From an uncultured Candidatus Saccharibacteria bacterium (GTDB lineage: Bacteria > Patescibacteriota > Saccharimonadia > Saccharimonadales > UBA7683): a stretch of DNA of 64,000 nucleotides. Made by a program: the position numbers and the translations under genes. Of this stretch, positions 49,291-58,150 are shown piece after piece. The stretch lies in assembly GCA_964541305.1 (NCBI GenBank), contig CAZIPE010000002.1, positions 7,972 through 71,971 on the forward strand, in the 5' to 3' direction. The first letter of the stretch is position 1; the number at the start of each line of letters is the position of its first letter. Below the pieces are notes generated by a model. It ran no database searches, was not told the origin of the DNA, and saw nothing but the letters and a program-made list of their open reading frames with translations.

Positions 49291-50019
49291 CTATAGCTCT
49301 GGCTCAATTACGCCGTACAGAGAGTTGGGTTGCTCACGGAAGTATGCCCAGACAGTATCTCCATAACTATAATGCCACCATTCATTGTAGTCTGGTGCAA
49401 AACCAGCCTGCAACATCGCTTCAAGTAAAATCATCCTGCTTGCATATTGCTGGTTAGTTATCTTGTTCGAATGTAGGACTGCACTATTAGTATTGGTGTT
49501 AACTGGGCAACCAAAATCAACAAGTTTGTTTAGCGCGGTATCGAACATATCTACATCGACTGCAGCACCGCAGCAATGGGGAGGTAGTGTCACGTTTGGA
49601 TCGCTAACATACGTTCGTGCGAACCCTACCGCCTCTTCATAAAGTGCACCAGGGTGTTCTTTTACATACTTATCTACCATTTGCTGAAACTCTGCTTGCT
49701 GAACTGTCAGTGGTCGATGACCTGCTCTCAGCACTAGAATAAAGTGATGGGGAAGATGGCTTACTGCTTCATTTAACCTTTTAACCACTTCTTCTCGTAA
49801 ATATATTGTGTTGTACTCTGGGTTTTGTTTAATATACTGCCTATAAAGTGGACCCTCTAATATATCTGTTTGTGTTTTCCAAATTGGATCTAGTTTTAAT
49901 CTAGATTTTTCGGTCACTTGTACTAGTGGGCTGAGTAAATTACTGCAACTTAAATTTTCTGGATCCAGTTCGAATGATGTTTTTGTTCTATCTACTAATT
50001 GTTGTAACGTAAGCGACAT
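49291..50019 (-). CDS. M15D (VanX/DdpX-like) D-Ala-D-Ala dipeptidase family protein
   Basis: 242 aa with RAGHRPLTVQ, the zinc-site block HCCGAAVDVDM and NEWWHYSYGD. The ATG is 7 nt after TATACT (50027-50032). Confidence 0.7.
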   Translation of the reverse strand: MSLTLQQLVDRTKTSFELDPENLSCSNLLSPLVQVTEKSRLKLDPIWKTQTDILEGPLYRQYIKQNPEYNTIYLREEVVKRLNEAVSHLPHHFILVLRAGHRPLTVQQAEFQQMVDKYVKEHPGALYEEAVGFARTYVSDPNVTLPPHCCGAAVDVDMFDTALNKLVDFGCPVNTNTNSAVLHSNKITNQQYASRMILLEAMLQAGFAPDYNEWWHYSYGDTVWAYFREQPNSLYGVIEPEL

Positions 50020-50062
50020 TTACCATAGTATAAAGGAGTACTGATTAATTAGCGATCCCGCT

Positions 50063-50091
50063 AAAAAACAAAAAGCACTCTTCAAAGTGCT
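50063..50091 (-). terminator. rho-independent terminator of ssrA
   Basis: The minus strand reads AGCACT-ttgaag-AGTGCT followed by TTTTTGTTTTTT, starting 27 nt after the tmRNA CCA end. Confidence 0.65.
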
Positions 50092-50117
50092 TAATGGTTT
50101 ACCATGAGCTTGTCGAA

Positions 50118-50511
50118 TGGTGGAGATGCCGAGTACTGCCCTCGGGTCCGAAAAGTAACCATCTGCTCATCTACGTGCGTAGTTTATCCTGAAATTTTAC
50201 AAACCTTACTTATAGAGGAAAAACAAAAACAAAGAAGATTTGTTATCAGTAAAATGTCGAATGTTTCGCTGATAAACCGAAACAAACCGAGCCAAATAAT
50301 ATGACACCGGAAACCGCACTATTTGACATCATGCGACCGGTGGCGTACCTAAATTAGGCAACTTGCATAGCAAACGTGTTAACGCGGAAAGCGTTAGCAA
50401 CAGATGCTACGACTTGTTTAATTGTTTTTGCAATTAAAATGTGAATTACGTTCACGTTCGACACGCCAAGCAGATTGTTAAAGTCTCTTCGTCTAAAGCT
50501 ATGTCATCCCC
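50118..50511 (-). ncRNA. ssrA: transfer-messenger RNA (tmRNA, 394 nt)
   Basis: The 5' end GGGGAUGACAUAGCUUUAGACG pairs with the 3' end CAUCUCC-ACCA to form an acceptor stem containing a G3-U wobble. The 3' end UUUUCGGAC-CCGAG-GGCAGUA-CUCGG-CAUCUCCACCA parallels the E. coli tmRNA 3' end (UUUCGGAC-stem-loop-stem-..CUCCACCA). An internal tag frame reads GUA GCA UCU GUU GCU AAC GCU UUC CGC GUU AAC ACG UUU GCU AUG CAA GUU GCC UAA (..ANAFRVNTFAMQVA*), with the stop at 50354-50356. Confidence 0.85.
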
Positions 50512-50579
50512 TCGTCAACACAGTGGAGCTTGACTACTCCATATTTATATTATAGCACATTTTATTACTATTTTCTACA

Positions 50580-51875
50580 TTAGTGAATTGAGATTGCCGC
50601 TTCTTCTTTTTTCAAAACGTTTTGTGGTGGTTTGTAGAATAGTACAAATACCAACCAGCCGACAAATATAAGCGCTGAGCCAACAATAACTGGCATATTT
50701 ATTCCCATGGTAGCCACGTAGCCGGCAATGATTGCTGGTATCGCCTGAGCTAGCGCCTGAACGCTCGCTTCTATACCTAGTACTTCTCCTTGATTCTCTG
50801 GACCAGCTGTAAGGCTTACCAGGGCTGAAACATTGGCCATAACGAGACCATTAAATATCGCTATAAGTGGTGCGAACAATAACAACTGTGTGGTATTGGA
50901 TGGAATAAGTTGCAGCATCAACGCTATAGACATACCAAGAAAAGCTACACGAAGTATCTGATGATTTTTGTAACGCTTGGCAAGTAGTGGCGTCAGGATC
51001 CCTTGTGTCAACGCAATCCATATACCAATATAGGCAAAGAAGTCCCCAACGTTATTTACTTTGAAACCAAGTTTTTGAATCAGGAGAATCTGGAAGAAGG
51101 TCGTAAAAAAGGTGAAACCTCCCCAAAAAAGGAACTCCGAAGTGAAAATAACGCGAAGTGCTGGTGACGTTGCGGCATGCTGAATATTTGCGAGTGATTT
51201 ACTCCACGCAACCTTCAGCTTACTATTAATGTGTTTGTGCGTTTCAGGCAAAATGATGAGCAGTAAAATAACATTAATGAAGCTCAATATAGCAGTAAAC
51301 CAAAAAGGTGTCGCTGAACTGAACCAACTTGGGGTGTCAAATAACCCGAAGAAACTGGTATCTGGAGCAGCTAAGCGTGCCCCGATGTACGGGCCAAAGA
51401 CAAAGCCGATACCAAACGCTGCACCAATCAGGCCAAAGTTTTTTGTACGATGCTCGGGTGGCGATACGTCGGCGATTGTTGCGCGGGCTACGCTGATATT
51501 TCCACCAGTAACACCGTCTAGCGCCCGTGCTGCAAAAAGAAGCGGTATGTTTTTAGTGATAATGCCAATTGCAAATAATATATAGCCTACACCGGTTCCA
51601 AAGAGGCTAAAGCCGAGTACTGGCCTTCTACCATAACGATCAGAAAGTTGGCCAAGTATTGGCGTAGCAAGAAACTGCATAAGCGGATAGATTGCGGTGA
51701 GCCAGCCCAGCAGAATTAATGAGGTGTTCATAGAATAGCCAGCGGGCTGGAATATCGTATACACCAGCTGGGGGATAACAGGAATAAGAATACCCACACC
51801 CAGAACGTCTAAGAACACTGTAAACAAAATAATTGGCAAGGCACGGCTTTCAAGGTTTATCTTTTTCTTTGCCAC
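50580..51875 (-). CDS. MFS transporter (drug:H+ antiporter / Tet-like)
   Basis: 431 aa with 12 TM helices and the motif [16 protein letters not shown] start with AAGGA 7 nt upstream. Confidence 0.85.
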   Translation of the reverse strand: MAKKKINLESRALPIILFTVFLDVLGVGILIPVIPQLVYTIFQPAGYSMNTSLILLGWLTAIYPLMQFLATPILGQLSDRYGRRPVLGFSLFGTGVGYILFAIGIITKNIPLLFAARALDGVTGGNISVARATIADVSPPEHRTKNFGLIGAAFGIGFVFGPYIGARLAAPDTSFFGLFDTPSWFSSATPFWFTAILSFINVILLLIILPETHKHINSKLKVAWSKSLANIQHAATSPALRVIFTSEFLFWGGFTFFTTFFQILLIQKLGFKVNNVGDFFAYIGIWIALTQGILTPLLAKRYKNHQILRVAFLGMSIALMLQLIPSNTTQLLLFAPLIAIFNGLVMANVSALVSLTAGPENQGEVLGIEASVQALAQAIPAIIAGYVATMGINMPVIVGSALIFVGWLVFVLFYKPPQNVLKKEEAAISIH

Positions 51876-51991
51876 TTTTTTGTCCTTTTCGTTATGTAAT
51901 ACTTAAGTGATTACTTAAAGTATAGCTTGTTTAGGTTAGTGTTTCAAATAGACATTTTTTATAAGTAATTACATCTGTTATAGTATGCCCT

Positions 51992-52339
51992 ATGAACGAG
52001 ATCGCGAACAAAGAACCAATAGATTATACGCATGTTATTGGTCGGCTTGGAGAAAAATCAATATTTAGTGTCGTAGTACAACACGGTGCGAGTGACCATA
52101 CATACAAACTCGCCAAGCTTTCTTCCACAGGGTTCACGGTAAGGGAAGTTAACGGACTTAAGTGTAGTGATGAGCCCCTCATGTTGACGGATATAGATGA
52201 AGAAACTGGAAATGCACTTTTTATTCAAGGTGAACTACTTCGATTCAACAGACATGGAAATCCGCATGAAGTTATTCCTTTAGGATTCCTAACTAGCCTT
52301 GTTGTGGTGCGCAAAACCACCCTGCGAAAACGTAGTTGA
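51992..52339 (+). CDS. hypothetical protein (115 aa)
   Basis: The ATG is 7 nt after TGtTATAGT (51979-51984). The 3' end overlaps the convergent rsmA by 51 nt. No family recognised. Confidence 0.4.
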   Translation: MNEIANKEPIDYTHVIGRLGEKSIFSVVVQHGASDHTYKLAKLSSTGFTVREVNGLKCSDEPLMLTDIDEETGNALFIQGELLRFNRHGNPHEVIPLGFLTSLVVVRKTTLRKRS

Positions 52340-53092
52340 TAATTCATGCCAGTCTTCAAGCGTAAGTTCTTGCGCGCGAGCGTCGGGTGATATTTTGGCT
52401 TCTTGTAGCCATATATCTACCTGCTCTTTGGAAAGATGTAACGAACCGCTCAAACTTGAGCGCAACTTCTTTCTTTTTTCTGAAAAGCCAGCTTTGACAA
52501 TCCTGAAGAACAATTCAGTTTCAACATCGGGGAATAATGGTTTGGCGTATGGAAGTATTTGAATAATTTGGCTATCAACTTTAGGTGGCGGAGTAAAGAG
52601 ACGAGCCGGGACTTCTTCTTTTAGCTCAGCTGATCCGTAGTACTGCACACTGACACTAAGTATGCTCATCTGACCAGGTCCGGCAACAATCCGCTGAGCT
52701 ACCTCTTTTTGAACAAGCAAGGTGATATTTGATGGCCGATTTGAGCTTTCTAGCAATTTTCTCAGTAGGTTCGAGGTAAGGTAATAAGGAATATTAGCAA
52801 TTACTTTATAGCCTTCTGGCAATCGAGAAAGATCAAAGTCTAAAATACTCTCGTGAACTACTTCAAGGTTATCTGCCCTAACTCTTCCTGCAAGTTCAGA
52901 CACGAGCATATCGTCAAGCTCAACGGCAACGACTTTCTGGGCTTTTTCGCACAGTTTCTTCGTAAGTGTTCCAAGCCCAGGACCCACTTCAAGCACTACA
53001 TCTTCAGAATTTACTTCACCCGCAGACATCATTGCCTCAAGGCTTGCTTCATCATGTAGCCAATGTTGACCCAGCGATTTTTTAGGAGGCAC
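52289..53092 (-). CDS. rsmA: 16S rRNA (adenine1518/1519-N6)-dimethyltransferase RsmA/KsgA
   Basis: Shows KKSLGQHWL, the SAM-binding motif VLEVGPGLGTLT and NIPYYLTS. Start trimmed to GTG 53092 (GGAG 7 nt upstream). The track's ATG 53206 would overlap the NUDIX gene by 125 nt. Confidence 0.85.
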   Translation of the reverse strand: MPPKKSLGQHWLHDEASLEAMMSAGEVNSEDVVLEVGPGLGTLTKKLCEKAQKVVAVELDDMLVSELAGRVRADNLEVVHESILDFDLSRLPEGYKVIANIPYYLTSNLLRKLLESSNRPSNITLLVQKEVAQRIVAGPGQMSILSVSVQYYGSAELKEEVPARLFTPPPKVDSQIIQILPYAKPLFPDVETELFFRIVKAGFSEKRKKLRSSLSGSLHLSKEQVDIWLQEAKISPDARAQELTLEDWHELSTTFSQGGFAHHNKAS

Positions 53093-53585
53093 GAGTGAGC
53101 TCCAGAAATTTTTCGAGACGTGTAATAAACTCGTCTTCACCCTTCGGGTTTGGTGAACCCAGCAACTCCTTAGCTTTCTCGACTGAAACCCACACTTTTT
53201 CATCATGCTCAGAATCTATGGTATCGAGATCGCGTTTCCATTGTGCAGCAAAATAATGTGTAGTTTTTTGATTAGGCACTTGATATTTTGGTAACAGAAA
53301 GGAGCGAATATGCGCACCGAGATAGGTGGTAATTTCTGACTCACAACCCGCCTCTTCCTCTGTTTCACGCTTCGCCGCCTGATCAATTCGTTCGGTCAGA
53401 TCTACGTGTCCTTTAGGCAAATTGTAGGTGTCTTCATCTGTCATGTTATAGGAGTGGTTAGGTGTGCGCTTGAGCAGTAAAACCTGAATTTGACCATCAA
53501 CTTCTCGATACACCACGCACCCTGCGCTTATAGCGTAAGGCCAGTTCTTACTGGCGCGATATTCGTTAGAATCATACAGTTGCAT
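53082..53585 (-). CDS. NUDIX hydrolase
   Basis: 167 aa with a Nudix box GHVDLTERIDQAAKRETEEEAG. The ATG is 6 nt after TGaTAAGAT (53592-53600). Confidence 0.8.
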   Translation of the reverse strand: MQLYDSNEYRASKNWPYAISAGCVVYREVDGQIQVLLLKRTPNHSYNMTDEDTYNLPKGHVDLTERIDQAAKRETEEEAGCESEITTYLGAHIRSFLLPKYQVPNQKTTHYFAAQWKRDLDTIDSEHDEKVWVSVEKAKELLGSPNPKGEDEFITRLEKFLELTRAS

Positions 53586-53602
53586 ACGTCTATCTTATCA
53601 GA

Positions 53603-54721
53603 TTAGCGATAGATATCCTGGAGCCCTAGAGAGATACTACACGATGGCCATGGCTGCCAGCCTCGCGCTTTGTAGGTTTCCCATGCTTTTTGGTCTTGAA
53701 CGGCAGGCGGTGCTGCGGCAGCATTTGGATAGCCTCTGTAATTTCCCCATGTGCCGAGGTCGTATTGATACGCCCCATAATAGCCATTACCCGTATTGCT
53801 CGTGTAAGAGCCCTCGCAACTCCTTAGTCGAGCCAGTGCTGAAGCGAAATCACCACTAAATTCAATGTTCTTAGCTCCCACTACCACAACTTGTTTTACT
53901 GGCTCCTTTGTAATCACCTCTTTTAGAGATTTCTTTTTGTACTCTTTGCCGTTACGAATAGTGATTTGATAAGTCACAAGTTTTCGGCCGTTCACCCCTT
54001 CTTTCTTTACTAGGCGGTAACTTACTGGCTGGTTAACGTCTTGAATTTGTTCTTCTGGAAATTTAATATCTTCTTCAACCGTCTTCACCTCTTTGCCGAT
54101 TCTGGCAATACTCACTTTCATGCCACTGGTTATTTTTGTTTGTAGCGGTACATTGAGTTCATCTTCTTTTTCGAGTGTAATATTTTTACTCAAAAGTAAA
54201 TCCGAAACCGACACTTCACGCGTACGAAGTTTTGATGAAACACCGTAGAGTTCAAAGGTTATTTCTTTGGAGCGCTTTATAACAAGTTTCGTTCCTGGAG
54301 CTCCCTCTAGCGTTTCATCGGATCGTTGATAGACAAAGCCATCCTCTGGCGCCGGCTTAAAGCCTGCCATTTCGGCAATCGCCCGTGGTGTTCGTTCGGC
54401 GGTAGTAATGGTATATATGTTAGGCTCATCAACCACGGTAATGGGACGAGCGCGGTAGATATTTACCTTAAAATCGTTGGTGGTGATCGGACTGTCGGCC
54501 GTCGGTTCAGTTTTATCGTGCTCATACAGCGTAATGCCGCTCGCCTCAAGCGCTTCACCAACTGTTGCACTGGCGCTGGCAATTGTTTTATGTTCGCCGT
54601 CCACAAATATATCAAGAGTATGTGTACCGTCTGCTCGTACATCAGGAGTGCGAACATGAAAAAATAGCGCAAAAACGCTTAGTACAACCACAATTCCACC
54701 AAACAATATTCTTTTATTCAT
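53603..54721 (-). CDS. RpfB-like protein: DUF348 repeats + G5 domain + C-terminal Rpf/transglycosylase-like domain
   Basis: 372 aa. After a signal/TM come repeated ubiquitin-like DUF348 segments (VGEALEASGITLYEHDK; VSDLLLSKNITLEKEDE), a G5-like segment (..VKKEGVNGRKLVTYQITIRNGKE..) and a C-terminus resembling the Rpf catalytic domain (CEGSYTSNTGNGYYGAYQYDLGTWGNY). Confidence 0.8.
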   Translation of the reverse strand: MNKRILFGGIVVVLSVFALFFHVRTPDVRADGTHTLDIFVDGEHKTIASASATVGEALEASGITLYEHDKTEPTADSPITTNDFKVNIYRARPITVVDEPNIYTITTAERTPRAIAEMAGFKPAPEDGFVYQRSDETLEGAPGTKLVIKRSKEITFELYGVSSKLRTREVSVSDLLLSKNITLEKEDELNVPLQTKITSGMKVSIARIGKEVKTVEEDIKFPEEQIQDVNQPVSYRLVKKEGVNGRKLVTYQITIRNGKEYKKKSLKEVITKEPVKQVVVVGAKNIEFSGDFASALARLRSCEGSYTSNTGNGYYGAYQYDLGTWGNYRGYPNAAAAPPAVQDQKAWETYKARGWQPWPSCSISLGLQDIYR

Positions 54722-54764
54722 GTAATTATTACGCTAGGTACATACACACTAACGTATGTGTGTA

Positions 54765-55241
54765 TTATACCATGCGGGAGATACCAGAAAGCTCCAGCCC
54801 GACATCCACAGTCTCGCTTCTAACTTTCGGTAGTTGATCAATCTTCCACCATTTTACATCCATAATTTCATACGGTCGTGTAACCCGAACTGTACTAATT
54901 TTTGAAACAGGCGCATCAAAAAATTCAAGATTTGCACGTGGCCACTTTTTACCAGCTGGTAATTTTCGAATACCGATACTTTTCATATCTTTCGTGCTAA
55001 TAACAAGAGAGGTTTCTTCAAGTAACTCTCGGGCTGCAGCAAGAACTGATTCTTCGCCTTTATGCACACCGCCGCCCGGCAAACTCCATTTTTGTGAGCC
55101 GAAAGATGACCTAATGAGCAGTATCTCATGTTTGGCATGGACCACCACTCGCACTCGCTCAGAATTATGAAGCAATAACCCAGAAAGTGGCTGTGTAACA
55201 AAGTGTGCTGTGCGAAATAATTTTTGTGTCACTATATTCAT
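54765..55241 (-). CDS. NUDIX hydrolase (second copy)
   Basis: 158 aa with a Nudix box GGGVHKGEESVLAAARELLEETS. Confidence 0.75.
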   Translation of the reverse strand: MNIVTQKLFRTAHFVTQPLSGLLLHNSERVRVVVHAKHEILLIRSSFGSQKWSLPGGGVHKGEESVLAAARELLEETSLVISTKDMKSIGIRKLPAGKKWPRANLEFFDAPVSKISTVRVTRPYEIMDVKWWKIDQLPKVRSETVDVGLELSGISRMV

Positions 55242-57382
55242 GAGAGCAACTCGAGTGGTGCAAAGCTTGCATTAAGTTTTTTTACCCCTTTGCCAGAAAA
55301 GGCAATTGAGAGCATTTCACCATCAACACCAACAATGGTACCCACCCCAAATAATTGATGTCTCACCTTGGCACCAACTGATGCTTGTATTTGAGGTACG
55401 TGGCTAAAATCTTCAGTAAAATCCGGTTGGGCTTCGGGGAGTCCGAAAGCTGATTGCTGAACGGGTGGCTGTTTTAAAATTGAGCTATCGATATCACTTA
55501 AGAAGCGCGAAGGCGGATTGTGTTGAGAAGAGCCGTATAGCATACGTGACGTTGAATAGTACATAAATAGTTCTTCACGGGCGCGCGTCATGCCAACATA
55601 GCACAGACGTCGCTCTTCTTCCATTTCACTCGGCTCAAACAACGCCCGCGAATGTGGGAAGATTGATTCTTCCATTCCTGTTAAAAAGACGACGGGAAAC
55701 TCGAGGCCCTTAGCGGCGTGAAGTGTCATCAAGGTAACCGCACCCGACGATTGATCGAGTCCGTCAAGATCGGAGATGAGTGCCACTTCTTCCAAGAAGC
55801 CATCAAGCCCGACGTCGTCGTATTCACGAGCCACCGATGAAAGCTCCTTTACGTTTTCGATTCTCTCAGCTGACTGAGGTGATTCGTCGTCTAGGTGTTG
55901 CAAAAATTCAGTTCGCTTAACCACCGCGTCAATAAATTGACTCGGTCGATACTCATCTTTCATCACACGAATATCATTGATAAGATTTCCGAGTTCAATA
56001 AGACCCTTAAGGGGCTTGCCTGAGACACCCTGACATTCTGCCACTCGCCCAAGCGCTTCAGCCAATGTTAGTTCGTTCGTATCCATCCAGTCAAAAAAGT
56101 TTTGCAAGCTTTTGGCGCCAACACCCCTAGTGGGTACATTTACGATTCTTAGAAAACTCGTTTGGTCATTTGGCTGGTAGGCAAGGCGAATATAGGCCAG
56201 AATATCTTTTATCTCTTTACGATCATAAAAACGAACACCTCCTACAACTTTATAGGGCACACCATAACGAATAAATGATTCTTCCAAACTTCGACTCTGG
56301 GCATTAGTCCGGTATAGCACTGCAAAATCTTGAAAGCTACGGGCTCGAATATCAACTTGAGATTTTATTCGCCTGACAATACTTTCACCCTCTTGTGATT
56401 CACTGCTGACTTGAATAATCTGAACGGGATTTCCTGGACCTGCCTTTGTCCAAAGTTCTTTATCGCTACGTTGTTCATTTTTAGTTATAACCAGATGTGC
56501 CGCATCAAGTATATTTTTGGTGCTTCGGTAGTTTTCTTCTAGCTTTACAATTTTTGCATTAGGAAAGTCTGTTTCAAAATTAAGAATGTTCCTGAAATCA
56601 GCACCTCTCCAACTGTAAATCGACTGCCAGTCATCACCTACCACGCACAAGTTTTGCGCGTCACTTAGTAGTAACTTTATAAGCTTATACTGTGCCCCAT
56701 TAGTATCTTGGTACTCATCTACCATGATATATTTAAACTGTTTTTGCCACTTTTCTCGCAGTTCTTCGTTATTTTTTAGCATATCGACCGTTCGGCCAAT
56801 GAGATCGTCGAAATCTAATGCACCTGCTTCACGAAGTGCTTTTTCGTACTCAGGATATATCGCGGCGGCAGCTTTTTGTTGCGGCAACGTTGCGCTGGCA
56901 AGGTATTCACTCGGACCTACAAGTTCGTTCTTAGCGCCACTAATCAGCCCTGCGAGGGTTCGTGGTTTAAATTCTTTATCATTTATATGTTGTTTTTTAG
57001 CTACCTGCTTAATAAGACTTTGTCGATCTGATTCGTCAAAGATAACAAAGTTTCTAGGAATACCAACCGCCTCGCCATCTTGACGTAACAGCCGTACACA
57101 AATGGAGTGAAAGGTGCCCATGAAAGGCATAAAGCTACGATTTTGATGATCTTGACCGACAAGTTCCGCTACGCGTTCTCTCATTTCTTTAGCGGCTTTG
57201 TTGGTGAAGGTTACTGAAAGTATCTCATATGGACTGACACCATTTTGAATCAGGTAGGCTATGCGGTGGGTCAGTGTTTTGGTTTTTCCACTACCCGCAC
57301 CAGCTAAAATAAGTAGTGGTCCATCTTGCCAACACACTGCTTCAGCTTGGTTTTTGTTTAACCCGTTTAGGAGATCATTCAC
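55238..57382 (-). CDS. pcrA: ATP-dependent DNA helicase UvrD/PcrA
   Basis: 714 aa with SF1 motifs AGAGSGKT, TFTNKAA, VDEYQDTN, YRS, TLHAAKGLEF and YVGMTRA. The GTG start is 7 nt after TGcTATACT. Confidence 0.95.
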   Translation of the reverse strand: MNDLLNGLNKNQAEAVCWQDGPLLILAGAGSGKTKTLTHRIAYLIQNGVSPYEILSVTFTNKAAKEMRERVAELVGQDHQNRSFMPFMGTFHSICVRLLRQDGEAVGIPRNFVIFDESDRQSLIKQVAKKQHINDKEFKPRTLAGLISGAKNELVGPSEYLASATLPQQKAAAAIYPEYEKALREAGALDFDDLIGRTVDMLKNNEELREKWQKQFKYIMVDEYQDTNGAQYKLIKLLLSDAQNLCVVGDDWQSIYSWRGADFRNILNFETDFPNAKIVKLEENYRSTKNILDAAHLVITKNEQRSDKELWTKAGPGNPVQIIQVSSESQEGESIVRRIKSQVDIRARSFQDFAVLYRTNAQSRSLEESFIRYGVPYKVVGGVRFYDRKEIKDILAYIRLAYQPNDQTSFLRIVNVPTRGVGAKSLQNFFDWMDTNELTLAEALGRVAECQGVSGKPLKGLIELGNLINDIRVMKDEYRPSQFIDAVVKRTEFLQHLDDESPQSAERIENVKELSSVAREYDDVGLDGFLEEVALISDLDGLDQSSGAVTLMTLHAAKGLEFPVVFLTGMEESIFPHSRALFEPSEMEEERRLCYVGMTRAREELFMYYSTSRMLYGSSQHNPPSRFLSDIDSSILKQPPVQQSAFGLPEAQPDFTEDFSHVPQIQASVGAKVRHQLFGVGTIVGVDGEMLSIAFSGKGVKKLNASFAPLELLS

Positions 57383-57409
57383 TCGGACCAGTATAGCAAA
57401 TAAGTATGC

Positions 57410-58150
57410 TTACGTGGGCAGTTGACTGGTTAATGTGAGGAAGATAAGTCCACACATCAAGAGCAGTAAAAATGCCACCACAATATACAGCCAGGTATAC
57501 GATTTCTGCACCTTTGAAGGTGGAGGTAGTTCGCTATGATAGTCATTAACATCAAATATGTCTGCTTTTTGAGCAGTAATAAGCTCTGTTTCGTTAGCTT
57601 GTGTCGGCACATCTTCTTCCGCCTTTGTGGATGAGATTAAGGTATCAACAGGTGTATACGATATTTTTTCTGGTAACGGTGGTTCTGGTTTTTCATGCTC
57701 ATCTTGTGCGATGCTCTCGAGCTGACTGTTTTCACTACTCATCGGTGAAGAACTTCCTTCTGTGACAACTTCCTGACTCGGTTTTATCACCGACGCCATA
57801 TCAGAACTAACTAACTGCGGTAATTCAACAGCATGTGCATTTTCTGGCTTTTCGTTATAGCTATAGCCCGCTTTTTGCGGGAGTAGCTCTTGAGCTTCAT
57901 CAACTGGTTTCGCCTCAAGCTGTTTCATTCTCGAGGCACTGTGCCCAACAATATCTAAACTAGAACCTCTGCTGTGCGGAATAATTCTTCTTTGCGGAAG
58001 CTCAGGCTTGGGTTTTGGCTGCTCCATTATCGGCGCCTGTAATAACTCATCGGTTTGCTTACCGAGCTCGCTCATGGCACTTTCAATAGCCTGCTCATCA
58101 TGCTGCTGCGGAGGATTGTGTGAAGATTTCGTCAGATTGCCAAAAATCAT
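57410..58150 (-). CDS. hypothetical tail-anchored membrane protein (246 aa, disordered Pro/Glu/Gln/Ser-rich)
   Basis: Low-complexity sequence with a single C-terminal TM helix (WLYIVVAFLLLLMCGLIFLTL). The start overlaps the tpiA stop (ATGA). Confidence 0.45.
   Translation of the reverse strand: MIFGNLTKSSHNPPQQHDEQAIESAMSELGKQTDELLQAPIMEQPKPKPELPQRRIIPHSRGSSLDIVGHSASRMKQLEAKPVDEAQELLPQKAGYSYNEKPENAHAVELPQLVSSDMASVIKPSQEVVTEGSSSPMSSENSQLESIAQDEHEKPEPPLPEKISYTPVDTLISSTKAEEDVPTQANETELITAQKADIFDVNDYHSELPPPSKVQKSYTWLYIVVAFLLLLMCGLIFLTLTSQLPT

Noticed and set aside
47676-50117. Intact integrative element at ssrA
   Set aside because: No integrase or recombinase gene is present, and I could find no direct repeat of the tmRNA 3' end by eye. 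At most this is a remnant, so it is reported only as a compositional islet.
50104-50304. 66-aa plus-strand ORF from the ORF track
   Set aside because: It lies entirely antisense to the tmRNA (50118-50511). It has no SD or promoter, and its sequence is explained by the RNA gene.
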